Below, piece after piece: positions 14,299-28,351 of a stretch of DNA of 64,000 bases. This DNA is from Tubiluchus corallicola (lineage: Eukaryota; Animalia; Priapulida), in assembly GCA_030141605.1 (NCBI GenBank), contig JAQGDQ010000921.1:1-64000 (forward strand), in the 5' to 3' direction. Under the pieces are notes generated by a model. The model had not been told where the DNA came from and searched no databases. It saw only the letters and a program-made list of their open reading frames with translations. Positions within the stretch are counted from its first letter, which is position 1. Each line of letters begins with the position of its first letter. Both the position numbers and the translations under genes were made by a program.

Positions 14299-14898
14299 AG
14301 GAAGACAGGATGATTTTTCATTTACTACCCCATTTTCAAGTACTATTAAAGTATTAACACAATTGATACTTCAAAAGCGTTGCTGATAATTAAGTAACAG
14401 ATTAAAGCCTTAATTAACGACTGGCGAGCTAGTGATGTCATCACAAACTAACGTAATTTTCAACAGCAAATATATTCTACGAGCGTATTGCACGTATTTG
14501 CAACAGCTGAAATTAAAGTACAATGCTACTGTAAGATATTCAGTATGTTGTACTAAAACTAGGCAAGTTTTAAGATAAAAATTAAAATTTCAAATTTACC
14601 GCTGTACTCACGCATGAGCTTGTTTAATGCTGCAGTTTGCTATAAACTTGGACGTCTGAACTGAGAGGTGCAGCACCTATTTTTGTACAACCCTTTCTGA
14701 TATGCAGGCGATAGTGCCCGTCTAACTTGCGAAAGTCGAAATTCATGTAGCAGCGAAGAATTAGTGGCGCAAACGTGAAAATACGTTTGTGTGGTAATAA
14801 ATATTTCACGTAAGTCATTTTTTTAAAAAATAGTATGTTTCCTTTCGATATTTCAAAGAGTAGATTGTTTTGACCTGCAGATTGGATCTGGTTTTGCT
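14299..14898 (+). mobile_element. Kolobok-like MITE family 2 (other copies ~15933-16200, 45878-46448, ~60730-61195, 61688-62307)
   Basis: Termini TAA|AGGAAGACAGGA ... TCTGGTTTTGCT|TTAA; shared internal motifs (GACATCACAAACTAAC-like, GAACTAGTGGCGC-like) across copies. TTAA TSD with AGG ends is characteristic of Kolobok. Confidence 0.7.
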
Positions 14899-16599
14899 TT
14901 AATGTCTGAAGGTTTAACTTTCATTGACACATGAGATGGCTCTATATTTTTGTCTATTTCTTAATTTACTGTATTTGAACATTGGTGACCCAAATATAAT
15001 TAACAATCCATTTCAAAAGAAAAGTTAATTATTTCTGACTGTAAATGTCTTGAAACAAAGAGCAGGAACTACAAAAACAATGTTTTAGAAAAATTCAATT
15101 AAAGTTTGCAATATTGCCCACAATTATGCCACTAACGAAGGTGAAATTTTTCGTTTATTTGTAAACAAAATTAAAAGATATAACCTATTGTTTTGGTAAA
15201 TACTGCTCGATACCTTGTTAACTTAACAAAAGGGTCTATGTAAATTTCTGACAAAGCCAAACATTTCTCCATCTGCATTTGAATTTGTGTTTTAATGGAA
15301 GACAGGACATAAATTAATATGATTATGCTGCCATTTAGTATGGAGGAAAAAACGAAAATTTACTGTTTTTATTTGTGTATAGTGAGATGCCATTAGTGCT
15401 AATTCAGATTTTTCCCTGAACAGCAGCTTTTTTTTGTAACGGGTCTTGTTATTGCGTTTTTGCATAGTCTCTCACGTAGAGTTACTTATTGCGCGAAAAA
15501 TACTACCTAAAATGAAATTTCATTCTAATAGTAAGAAAGAGCGCCATCTGTTTGGTAAGAAATCATCAGAATTACGAGTTTGTTAAAATTGTAGATACAA
15601 ATCTTTAGTGCTGCACGACAAAACAGTGATGGTGAACAAATGCAAGATGGCGTAGTAGCCAGTCGACTGCAGTTTTCACTGTCTATATAAACTCCCATAT
15701 GGCTAATGATATATATATATATATATATATATACCAATATACCATTAGCCACATGGGGCCTTTATATATACATAAACGCCCCATGAGACCAATTTGAGGT
15801 ATACTGAAAACCCTAAAGCTTCCAGACAGGGTTTCACATTGAAAAGCATTCGCCTGCACATTCACCGACACAATGGAAACCATCGTTCCGCAGGGCCAGC
15901 TCTAGGTTAAAAACTATTTCTTGGCTTCTTAAAGGAAGACAATATGATTTTTCATATACTGCACAATTCCGAAAGTCCGAAAAAGTATACATTTTAACAC
16001 AATTAATACTGCAGTTCGTCACAAACTAACACATGTGATCTGAGAGGTGCAACACCTGCTTTTGTGAAATTCGTTTCCGAAACGCAGGCGCTAGTGCCCG
16101 TCTAATAAGCAAATGGCGATATGCACGTAACAGCAAAGAACTAGTGGCGCGAGCGCTAAACGTGTGTTTGTGTGCAAATAATTCTCTTTTTTTGTGAAAA
16201 AATTCATTTTTGGTTCCTGTTTGCTAATTACCTAATCTATCTATTCTGCTCCCCAAGGCTTCGATTTTTATTTTTTTTTGCAATAATTAGATAAAGAAAA
16301 TCTGGAAAGTGTTTACCTCAGAGTTAGCGTCAAATACGGAAAACTAACATGTATTAGTATTTCATTTCATTTAATTAATATGTTCCACATTTACGGATTA
16401 CACATACAACATGTTTTTATTTATGGTAAACTTAAAAATAAAAAAATATTTTCTGAATTAGGCACCCCACAAAGTTGGCGCACAAGACAACTGCCTAGTT
16501 TGCCTAGAGGGAGAGCCACCTTGTCGCTACGCAATAGGAAAATGACACGTACATATCATTTGAGCCAATTAACAAAAGTCATTGGAAATGCCTCATTGT

Positions 16600-16944
16600 A
16601 AGAAGTAGCATTTAATGAATGTTAGCATATGTAATATGAGTTGCAACACGTGATGGTAGACATAATTTTTAAGGGGCTTATTGTAAGAAGTAACTTGTAG
16701 CTTGTAACTTTGCATGGAAAGTTTTTTGGGACATAGTTTAACATTTCCTTTCCTTCGCGTAATTTACGTTGCTCATATATGATTCATGCAATGGCCCGTC
16801 GGAACAGTATCGCGGGAAATTTAAAATGAAAACAAAAAAAATCTTTCAACGCGAATTTGAATTACGTATAAAACTGCTATAATGTAATATAATTTTTAAG
16901 GTAATTTTTCCGAAATCTACGTCAGGTACCCCTTTTCTTGTCCT
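16600..16944 (+). mobile_element. Kolobok-like MITE family 1, 3' part
   Basis: Ends CTTTTCTTGTCCT|TTAA and aligns with the 3' half of 51941-52465. Confidence 0.7.
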
Positions 16945-17899
16945 TTAAGTAAAATCCACGTAAAATAACTGAAGCTAGTGAGCTGATGCGGCACATAGCC
17001 ACGTGTCACGTGACTGTTGTAGTTAAGACGCATTACTGGGTTTCGTTTAACCTTTGACCTACAGTAGCTGCATGCGCACAACGAAACTCTGAAAAGGCTT
17101 ATTCGTCATGGTATATCAAATGTGACATAGGTGATCCAAATGTGACAAAAGATTTGAAAACAAATAAAATATTTTTTTAAGTTTTCATAAGTTTTTAAGT
17201 TTTCGTAAATGGTAGGTGTGCAAACATTCCGACAAAGATATTCGGGAACAAAAACTTTGCCAACAAGACATTTGAAAACATACCATTCTGACAAAAGGTA
17301 CTTTTGATACAGAGCTATTTCGACACATAGGTAATCTCGACTTTATTGACACATAGGTGTCATTTGAACAAAAGGCAAATTGGACGAATAGGAAATTTTG
17401 AAGAAAATGCGATCTATGAACATAAAGTCATTTGGACACAAATGAATTTACATTGACTGGTACTTCATCACATATGCACAGTAAATTGATGCGTAACACT
17501 AGTTTTCTCTTGTTGTCCATATGTAAGAAACCCAAGTCCCATGTTTAGGATATTTTGTCTTATGATGGTTTAAATAAAATTTATGCAGTTGCACATGTGT
17601 GGTAGTAGCAGATGTTGAAAGTATAGTTACTTAATTTCGTTGTCATATTGTCTGTTATAAACACATGAGTTCTTGTCTAACAATGTTATTTTTAAGTTAT
17701 ATAATTTTATATATGAGAACATTAGCTCCAATGTAGCCATTGTGTTGGTACCGTAGCTGTTTGTTGAAAGTATTGCAGTATTTATTTTATTCTTGAACCC
17801 TAATAAAGCCATATCTTCTGTGCTTATAATGTGGAATATACCACTGAAATCACTGTGGAAAACCATGAATTCCATAAACCGGTGCGCTACAAGAAAACC

Positions 17900-19920
17900 T
17901 ATTGATTGGATTTTATGATGTTTGTGTCAAGGAGAAGAAAAGTCCAGGAAAGACTAAAGAATCTTGCAGTTTCTGAAAATTGAAACTGACTGTCCATTTT
18001 ATTCACAGCAGAAGAAATTTTTGTTCATATTATTCGAAATTACTTATAAGCGCGAATGTCTGAATTTGATAATTTCTCACAGGCACTTTACATAAGGTAA
18101 ACCTTGCCTTAGTTATAAAATCTGCCAAATTTATAAAAGGTGCTGCTATATGTTATATACAAGGCTAATTATATGCTTTAATAAAAACCATGCTTTTAAA
18201 TGTTTTCTAAATGTAATCAGATTTTCATGCTGCCTGATATGCCTTGATAAAGTACTCCAGCGGCTTTCTTTTGTCAGCAATTTTAGATGTATTCATTGTT
18301 CAGCACAAAACTACATTTAGAACTAATAAAATTTTTCATGCCTTGTCGTGCGTTAAGATCTAGCAATGATCGTCCACGTCTTCAGACTCACAACAGAAAA
18401 TAGACCACTGAAGTTGATGAAGGCTTTCCTTTAACACATCAATTATGTGGAATACTTTTGTCAGTTGGAGGACCTAAATGATGTGCGTAGTGGTTTCGAA
18501 ATGGCATTCCAAGTATGTGGAGGTAATCTGATGGTAGCATGTTTTTCCAGGCAAACGTCTTTTCCTCTGGTATTGCAGCATCTCTTCTAGATGGAAAAAA
18601 ATCAAGGGTACTCAGCACTCCTACCAGCTTACACTTGACTGACGTCACATTCTACAGATTCAGGCATATAATGACTACTGCCAAGAAGGATATAGAACTT
18701 CAGGAATATCTTCTGATCAACTACCACTTTGTCCAAGATCAGCGTGCCGGCGATTGGTTACTGATCTTGTGTATATGTATCGAACTGGTTCTTTGGTGTT
18801 GGACTCACAAACTGTGCATGGCACGTCTAAGACTTTCATTCAAGTATCCATGAGAGAAATTAATTGGTATCATGGCAATAGATAAAAGGTAGGGTCATAT
18901 CATAAAGTACCTTAAGGAAGACACGGATCATATGATCAGCCAGAAGTGAGGGAGATCATTGTCAAATGCTGAGGTGCTTAGAATCATTGATGAATTTAAA
19001 AATGCCAGATATTCTGGATAAAGCAAAAAACTTAGAACACACAGAAAATTTATCTGCAGAGTAGAAAATGTTGCCGTAGGCATCTCAAAACTCTTATTAG
19101 TCAAATCCTTCAACGAAACATGGCCAGACCTTATCACGCTGGGCACTGAAGAAGTTATGAACGATGCAAAATGTTTAAAGGCGGCTCCAATCATTGGCAG
19201 ATCGATGCACAAGAAAAATTGACCAATTAATAATTGGAAAAGCTCAAACCCTTATCTCATGTCATTCTAAGAATCATTTTGTACACCTTCATCAAAGTGG
19301 CCATCTGTTAGTCTGAGGAAAGGTGTTAAAGTTACAACAGTTAAAATGCATCAGTCATCATAAGCTGCTTGCACTTTGGAAGCACGACATGACATGATGG
19401 TGACCTAGACGAGTTATTTGAAATTGAATTGGGAACTAGGAAAATATTCTCATGGTACCGTTACCTCACCACAAGAGCAGCTGATATAATAGAATTGTCT
19501 CCATGCTAATATGAAGAAGCTACGTGAATGATGCTATTTTCAGAGGTACAAGCATCCGGATTAAGAACAATGGAGACAAATGCGGTTGTTCTAAAGATGC
19601 CTTTACTTGAGTCAGCTGTCAGAATTTTTTAAAGAAATTTCAATTCATACATATCAGGTAAACAGCTACGTCAGATCTGTGAAACACTTTCTTTCCTGTC
19701 GACTATGCAGGATGTGAAGTAACGTCAGTTATGTTTACAAAAGGCAAACAGAAAGGTGTTAAGCGTGAGATACTCTTCCTCAGGTTGCAGGAACTTTGAT
19801 TACCATTAACAATCACCAGGCAAGTTTCACAATTGAATTTGCATACAAGTGCTGTCTGGAAAACCTGACAATGTTCCGTTAATCTATGGCAAAAACGTTG
19901 ACGACTGTTAATATAGCTGG
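17900..19920 (+). pseudogene. Highly decayed transposase gene, Academ (XPG/PIN-domain)-like
   Basis: Broken reading frames retain ordered motif remnants: H..KWP (~19285), AD.I (~19480), ETNAVVL (resembles DTDxxVL, ~19575), YAGCEVTSVMFTKGKQKGVK (resembles GCDTTSxxxxKGK, ~19704-19763) and LIYG (~19880). Many stops and frameshifts. Confidence 0.45.
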
Positions 19921-20740
19921 GAAACTCTTCTTCACTCACGGTTTAAAATCACTTGATTCTAACCCACCATGTTGTTTTGTTTCAGCGGCAGTGACTAGTA
20001 ATGTAAGTAAGAATAATATTATATATATATATTTTTTGAACCGCCACCTGGGCTTCGTTTGGGCTTGCAGGTACAGAGGCGGAGCAGCCTAATGGCTTCC
20101 ACATGACCACAATTAAATAATGCTGACTATTGTTGCCTTCTAGCTTGAAAGAGATTTAAATATTGCAGGGCCTGAACAAACTGCGACAAGATTTTAGAAA
20201 AATCGAAGAAATGCAGAACAAGGAAATAAAGTAAAGAAACTGGTACCTAATAATAATATTAATAACTGGTGGTAAGAGGAGAACTCTAAGTCTGACCAAA
20301 CAACTCCAACTAGAGAAATTTTTACCCTCTCTTTATAACCTTCCCAAGCTAGCGTACGTGTCTGAGGCTGAGCCAACATGAAACCTGATTGGTTGAAAGC
20401 AAAGGATGTGGCGACTTAGGCAATAAGAACTGAAATATTGTTGAATAATTCAGCAGACTGAAGTTTGAACTACTGGTACTTTTAGGGGTGACATGTAACA
20501 CTAGTTTGGTAACCATGCCATACTTTGGAGTAAAGGTAGAGGTTCTACTGAGTGGGCCTCCCAAGTACCTTCGCTACAATATATATAGTAGGTATATTCT
20601 AGTCTGGATCTCACCTAGGTATTGAAAGTCATTTATAATTTTTATTTAGTCATTTTTTGTTGGTGTTGCACATCTCATTCTTGCCTTTTTAAATTAATTT
20701 TGCATTGCCTTTGCTGCCCTTATTTCACAACATATTTTCT

Positions 20741-22400
20741 GATGTGTTCTGGAACAGGCAAAGTTTTCCATTATTGAAGCCATTATTTGTAGGCATCAGC
20801 TTTTTTGGACTGGACTGGACATCATCGGAGAATACCAGAAGAGCTTCTCAATATGGTCAGAAGAAGCATTACAAAGATGTCAGGTAAGCACGTTAAGCAC
20901 GTGTGAAGAGGTGTAATGTCAGCCCTAGCACCTGGGAAGAGAATGCCAAGGTTTATAAAAGTGGCATCATCTAATTTGGGAAGCCATTCTAAAGAACGTT
21001 GCTGTGCTCACATTGATGAGAAAAGGCAACAGCAAAGCAAAGAGAGTAGCTGAGTCAGGTTACGTTATCACACTACAAACTACCTCAGACTCAAATAGAC
21101 TCCAGCTGCCACAAGTTACTACCTCCCACTACAACATACAAACTACCTCACACTAAAATAGACTCTAGTTGTGACAGATTACTACGTGACACTACAATAT
21201 GTAAACTGCCTCAGACTAAAATAGACTTCAGCTGCAACAGGTTACTACCTCCCACTACAACATGTAAACTACCTCAGACTAAAATAGACTTTAGCTGCGA
21301 CAGATTACTACCTGCCACTACAACATGTAAACTGCCTCAGACTAAAATAGACTTCAGCTGCGACAGATTACTACCTGCCATTACAACATGCAAACTACCT
21401 CAGACTAAAATAGATTTCAGCTGTGACAGATTACTACCTCCCACTACAACATGTAAACTACCTCAGACTAAAATAGACTTCAGCTGCGACAGATTACTAC
21501 CTCCCACTACAACATGTAAACTACCTCAGACTAAAATAGACTTTAGCTGCGACAGATTACTACCTGCCACTACAACATGTAAACTACCTCAGACTAAAAT
21601 AGATTTCAGCTGCGACAGATTACTACCTCCCACTACAACATGTAAACTACCTCAGACTAAAATAGACTTCAGCTGCGACAGATTACTACCTCCCACTACA
21701 ACATGTAAACTACCTCAGACTAAAATAGACTTTAGCTGCGACAGATTACTACCTGCCACTACAACATGTAAACTACCTCAGACTAAAATAGATTTCAGCT
21801 GCGACAGATTACTACCTCCCACTACAACATGTAAACTACCTCAGACTAAAATAGACTTCAGCTGCGACAGATTACTACCTCCCACTACAACATGTAAACC
21901 ACCTCAGACTAAAATAGATTTTAGCTGCGACTGATTACTACCTGCCACTACAACACGTAAACTACCTCAGACTAAAATAGACTTCAGCTGCTACAGATTA
22001 CTACCTCCCACTACAACATGTAAACTACCTCAGACTAAAATAGACTTCAGCTGCGACAGATTACCTCCTGCCACTACAACATGTAAACTACCTCGGCTAC
22101 AATAGACTCCAGCTGCAGCAGAACTACCACCCACTACAACATGTAAACTAAGACTTCCTCAGGTTGCATCCACTGACTACAAGTTGTAAACTGCGTCAGA
22201 CTACAATAGACTGCAGATACATTAATTACTACCTGGTCATGCACTACCTCAGACTACAACTTGTAACATATGTATGTTGGATTGAATGTTACACATTGGA
22301 CTGTATAGTCATCAAAGAACATGTTAGATGAAATAACCATATATGCACCAATCACTAATTCTGCATTGACACCATCATTGCAACAAAAGATTACCAGACT
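20741..22400 (+). mobile_element. 3' fragment of an RTE-clade LINE, interrupted by a tandem array
   Basis: 20741-21045 gives VLEQAKFSIIEAIICRHQLFWTG..GQKKHYKD..STWEE..EKRQQ, resembling the RTE ORF C-terminus. 22262-22327 gives CNIC...HIGLYSHQRTC*, matching the RTE terminal Cys/His finger (consensus ..RIGLxSHxRxC). Confidence 0.75.
21074..22262 (+). repeat. 63-bp minisatellite, ~17 units plus a degenerate tail
   Basis: Unit ACTACAACATGTAAACTACCTCAGACTAAAATAGACTTCAGCTGCGACAGATTACTACCTCCC. One frame is stop-free from 21050 to the TGA at 21932-21934 (TTTCKLPQTKIDFSCDRLLPP repeated). Confidence 0.97.
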
Positions 22401-25243
22401 GATACATGAAGTTTTCTTGGGAATCTCCATGTTTAATTCGTGTTATCTGGGAAGCACAGAAATCTGGAGTCATGAAACTTGCAGAGAAGACAAGTGGGAT
22501 CAGACAATAATTTAGTGAACATTGATCGCTTTTAAAAAGAACTGTCACGATTATTACATATCAGTCTTCTCAAGTGGCTACCTGACCGCTGGGCTATCAA
22601 CTGCTAGTGCCACTAACCTACCAATAATCAAAGGCTTGCACTTTCTGTGTAGTGTCTTCTACTAGCAGTTAAATCAGCAGTATATTTTTGCAATAAGAAA
22701 ATTCATGAATAAGAAGCTGGAGAAAAATAATTACAAGTGGCTGTGGCACATTTGGAAATGTCCAAAGAAAGGTCACGAGAGGCGGCAATGTGACGTGTAA
22801 ACAGTAGGGAGTTTAGGATCTAGTGAAGCTTTAGGGTTAGGACTTTTGGACCCAAATGGAATTCTTGATTGCGCTACATATAGAAATTATTTACTGCACA
22901 AATCACATTTTTCAACACGAATTTTCATCATACTACAGATAGACATTATTTACATGACGCTGTTCTTTGCTCAAATCCGGATGAGGTGCTTCTTTCACTG
23001 ATCAGATTATATAACTGGAATTCCTGTTCATACTACAGAGCCCAAGCCTTTAAATAATTGGAATAATTCTGCAACATTTATTCTAAACTATATCATATAA
23101 ATAAATAAATAATCTTCATTATATAAGTGTACTTATGTGCAGACATATATTTTTGAATACATATTGCTGAGGACATAATGCTGAAATATTAATATTTAAA
23201 GTAAAAATACACTAGATTTTACTGCTACAAGCACGGTTTATTCAATGATTTGATACAATTTTGTAGTCCTCACTACTTAAAAGACAAAATACAAGTTAGT
23301 TGATATTGGATTTTAGGGATAAAAGTAGATCGAATCACAAGTACAACATCAAATATGTCTCAGAAAGTCCTAGAAACTGTTTGCTGTTCAACTCGATGGG
23401 CAAAACCAACAAAAAATTGTTATCAAAATTTTCGATGATGACCATTTTGAATTTTAGATTTTGTAACAGTTTGCATGCATTTTTGCGAGTAACAATGGGC
23501 CAAATTTGTTTTCGTCTTCAGAGAAAACAAATTCACTGAGAATAGAACCTTTGCTCCCAATAGTCATGAAACTACTGAAAATTTCTCAACCAGCATTGAC
23601 TGCTCATACAGCATGATGTGAGACATGATGAACTGGTGTCAACCAGTCAACTGATGTTGGTCAACTAAACAACTTGGCTTCTATAGAAGACAAGGTTATC
23701 CTAATAAATGTTTAAACGAGCATTACTAAGTTTACTAAGTTGTGCCTATTATCTTTCTAGTTTAGTACTGAGGGATAGCATCATAGATTTAATGTAATGG
23801 GCCCCTTTGTCTAGTAAAACTCTTTTTGTGGGTACTTTCAAACAAGTGGAAAGAACGTTTTGGTAAAGACTATTCACATATAGATAAATCAGTTACACTT
23901 TTGGGTGACAGACGTTTTTGTAAAGTGCAGTGGTCTCATAACTCAGCCTGCTAAATAATGTTGCAGTCTTAATATTCAAAATATCAGTGGATCCCAGAGA
24001 ATTAGTATGTAGCAAATCGCAAACAGTTAGTTCCATGTTGGGCTTACTGAGAGATGTCTTTATTTTATAAAAGGAAAAATAGGCAAAAATTTGCTGTAAA
24101 CTAAGCTTACCGAGGTTTAAGCAAAACTTATAACTCAAGTTGCGACATGAAAACTAACATAAAAAATTGCATTTTTTCACCACCATCACAGGTAAGTTTG
24201 CAAAAAAAGGCGCTAAATGTCTTCAAACCAGCCAATGACCCAAACTACAAGCAATCTCTATCTCTAGCAAGCTTTCTCTATCAACTCCGTGGCGCCCTCC
24301 TGTGGGAAAAGTAAAAAACAAATTTTGGCTAAACCGTCAACCAAATCCACAGATCGCAAGCCTCGCTTAGCCCCGCCCATCTTGATGAAGTAACACACAT
24401 TCTCACAAACTCGCTCATAGCAAGTGCTTACAGCATGTAAAAATATGGTACTAATAAGTTTGGTACAGGCAAATTTGGTCCTAGTAATTCTGATACGAGG
24501 AAACTTTGTTAGTGGGAAAATTTGCCACTAGGAATTTTTGGTAGAGGGAAAAGACATACTGGTAAAATTTAATGCAGTATTGGCGAAGTTTTTCAAGCAT
24601 TTCTGGTACAAATAAATCAGTACAAGGTAAAAATGATACGGAACAAGTTTGGTACTGGAAAAGTTTAATTGGTACTAGGAAAATTTGGTACAGAGAAGAT
24701 ATAGTACAAGGAAAGTTTGATACTATGAAAATATCTTTTACAAAACCTACAAACTTATCATACATTTAAAATCATACTAGACATATGAATTATCAGTCTA
24801 AAAGGGTTATATAAGCAATTAGGGTTTAAACAACATAAGGTAGTTACGCCAGATAAACTGTGAAAAATAATTAAAAGTTCTGCCAAATACGTAGAGGTCA
24901 AGCTTAACAAACATTAATGCAACACATGTAGTAGCCTTTGGCAATGTCTTGTATAAAGTCTTTAATGAAAAAATTGGAAACTAATTACGTAATTACGTTT
25001 TAACTAATTTTAATTACGAAACTGAGAGAGATTTTTTGAGCAGCAGATTTGTTTAATTTTTTGGCTTGGAGAAACTTATAAATCTGACTGTTTCTACACT
25101 TTTCAGGCACTAGATGTATGCATTACTACTATTCAGGCATAATGTGTCATTACTATAATGTCTCAGTGTACTAAAGCTAGACATTTTAGTTGCAGAAATC
25201 TTGTATGGCTGGAGAAAAAACAAATATACACACTTGACCTTGA

Positions 25244-25858
25244 AGCACAAGAAAACCTTAAAAAATTCTAATGAAATTCATACATAAACTTACATACTGC
25301 CCTTTTACATGCAGGACTTAAATCAGCAGTCACGCTGTATAAAACATGTAAATTTAAACTTCCGCTATGACCGTTAGAAGCAGACATTTTGACGACACGT
25401 CTTTTGAAACACTTTTAGAGCATTCGTAGTGCACCCGTCACTAAGCGAGTAAAATTTTAAATTACTGCATCTTCTGAATAAGATTAAAAAACGTTTTTGG
25501 TGAGTGGGTGGTGCACCCTGAGTTAGCGACATTTTACCAATTGGTGAAAACATTTTACATAATTAAAAATTTCATTTTCTAGTTACATAAGTCTTTCCAA
25601 CAGGTAAGCAAAATGCTAAGTAATATAGATTTGCGTGGAAAGTTTTTTGAGACATAATTTAGTATTGCCTTTGCTTCCCCTAATTTACGTTGTGCGTAGT
25701 GACGTCACGTAATGGCGACTTCGGAACAGTATTGCCGGAGATTTAAAATAAAAGCAAACAAAATTTTTTTCAATGCAAGTACGATGTGCGCATAAATTGC
25801 TATAAAGTAATGTAATTTTTAAGGCGATTTTTCTGAAACCTACTTCTTTTCTTGTCCT
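25244..25858 (+). mobile_element. Kolobok-like MITE family 1
   Basis: AGCACAAGAAAACC ... TTTTCTTGTCCT|TTAA; aligns with 28352-28953 and 51941-52465. Confidence 0.75.
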
Positions 25859-28351
25859 TTAACTCTCGCAGTATATTTCGATGCATTTTCTGCTTGTGTT
25901 TGTGAGCCGCTTTTCTTGCGCAACTCAGGTGAAGGAGGAGACAAGAGAAAAAGAGAGCTAATTTGACGTCGCCAGGCGGACCCCTGCTGGTTGATTGACG
26001 TTTTGCGATCTGTGTATTATGGGTAATTTGCCTATAACAACGTATGCTTTCTGATATGTTTTATGTTTTAGAAAAATTGCCATTGCTGAGAATTGAAGAG
26101 AAATACTTTGATTTTATCACTTTGCTTGTCACTGATAAACGGGAGTTCGATATTACGACGTTTTTTGTCACTATATTTGTCACTATTTTGTCACTATTAT
26201 AACCTATATGCCAAAAAATACACTGGCATTTAGGTTATAATAACATAAGAAAAAGTGTACTAAAAAGCTAAAATTTCATGGTATGGCATTAAGCTACATT
26301 AGTGTTAGCTGTTAACGTTGCAAGTTTATAGCTCTGGTAGTTTTTACGTTATGGACAGTTAAACACGCTTCTCCATTTTAAAATTTTAAATACCAGAACA
26401 ATGTCAGCTAATCATCAATAGAAAAACAGCAACTTTGACGTACAAAGCACTCAGTAATGGAACAAAACGATAAAGAAATCAGGCAGTTTATGTCATCGTG
26501 TCATCACCACAGAAAATAAAGCAATGATAAATATTTAGTGTCAGGAGAAATGGGAACTTTGTCCCCTGGACAATAGTAACTGGTATTCTATGATGGACAG
26601 TGGACAAAGCTCTGATTTGAGCTTAACATTAAAAAATGCTTCAGCGAGTACCCTAGGCTCCCCATTACCGGCGTGTAGCTTCACTTTGCCCACATGTAAA
26701 TGCAGAGAGAGTCACACATGCGCAGTTTCGTTCCTTATGGGACGACACTTCCGCTTTCTTCCCCAATTTTTCCTTTTTCTCAAAGTATCTGTGCGGCGCT
26801 AATTTGAAGTGTTTCAATGCCAACCAAAGTGAAACGCGCAAGTTTGTAAAGCCACTTTTTTGTATCACGCTAGTCAGTACTGAATTTTGACAGCAAGTGC
26901 CCACCAGTATGTCAGTGGACCTTTAAAGAGACAACAATATTTTGCCTATCAGAAACTTTGCTTTTATTTTCTTCTACTTTTCTTTCTTTTCTGCTTTCCC
27001 TTCCCCTTTTTTCTCAACGTTCATCATCACTCTCACAAGTTTACTAATACATCGGTGAAAGATGGTAGCAACAATGACGCTGGTAGTAGCAGATACAGGT
27101 GGCAGTGGCATGACGGTGGCAGTGGCATTGGTGGCGGTGGTGGTGGTGGTGGGGGTTGTCACAACAGTTATGATGGCAGCAATGGCAACAGTTACAATAG
27201 AGGTGGTGGTGATGTAGTAACAACCATACTATAATAACATTGCAGTGCCTATAGCAGTAGCAACTTTTTATTTTACTAAAATATCCTTGCGCGCCAACTG
27301 GAATACAAATTGCACGGCAGTGAAGTTGTTAAATAATTTTAAATTTAGCTTAGATTGTAGCCCAAACTGTGATGTTATCATAGCTGACAACATTTTTCTT
27401 TTTACCGCAAGGACACAGTTTACACTTCAAACTTTCTTAGATAAACTTCGGGGCAGATAACTGCGTGAAAGAAATTTCGAGTAACACACCACAGATTGTT
27501 AGAGATGTTAAGTTAGTAATAGTTAAACTGCTGAACTGACAGACAAAAATACCGTTTAATAATGACAAACATATTAACAGAATTCAAGATTTTCTCTTAA
27601 ATACAATTTTTCGTGATGGCCGTTTTTGGTTCGCTATAATATTTATGTGCTCCTTGCAAATCAAAGAACACTAAGAGTTCAATGCTGTTTGCCTTGTTAA
27701 CAATGAATTTTGCTTGGAATTCTATTGTTGCAGAAGTACAATTACAAGCCAAACAATAAAAGTACTGAATTTTGTGCAAACACCCGCCACCCCACAACAG
27801 TCATTCAGTCGTGTTGATTCGTCTATATGTAATTAGTCTCATGTAAATGTTCATTCAAAACATTAAGAAATGAGATTTAGTAATAATGGAAGATATTACT
27901 TTAAAATTCTAATGCCTTTCTTCAACACTAAATACTCTGCTACGTTTATATTGTTTAGTCTCAACAGATGTCCCCAGAATCCCGTGTGCGGTAACTTCCC
28001 TCTCTTCTATGCTAGCCCATTTCGCTCTCAGGTGGCGAAGTCAGAGTACAACACACTGACTGTCTTACAGTAGCAATGTTTTCGTTTTCGCAAACACGCG
28101 CAACAAGCTCGTCGAATTTTTTGCTGTTGAAAATTATGATCGTTTGTGATGTCATGAATTGATAGGCTAGCCCACCGTTAATTAAGTTTTTAAACTATTT
28201 TTTAATTATGATAGACACTTTTACAGTGCTAATTCTTTTAAATGAGACTTGAAAATCTGGTAGTATATGAAAAATCATCCTTTAAGTTTAACAAAAGCTG
28301 GTCTGTTTTTATCTCTACTGTTTCGCTTGAATCTTAATATGAAATCTATAA

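Noticed and set aside
20002-20578. Possible solo LTR (TGTAAG...CTACA with CCAAT/TATA-like motifs on the minus strand)
   Set aside because: No matching TSD and no second copy in the window.
21074-22262. CRISPR-like appearance of the regular arrays (also 50665-51440 and 59720-60222)
   Set aside because: Units are contiguous with no unique spacers, no cas genes are present, and the context is eukaryotic.
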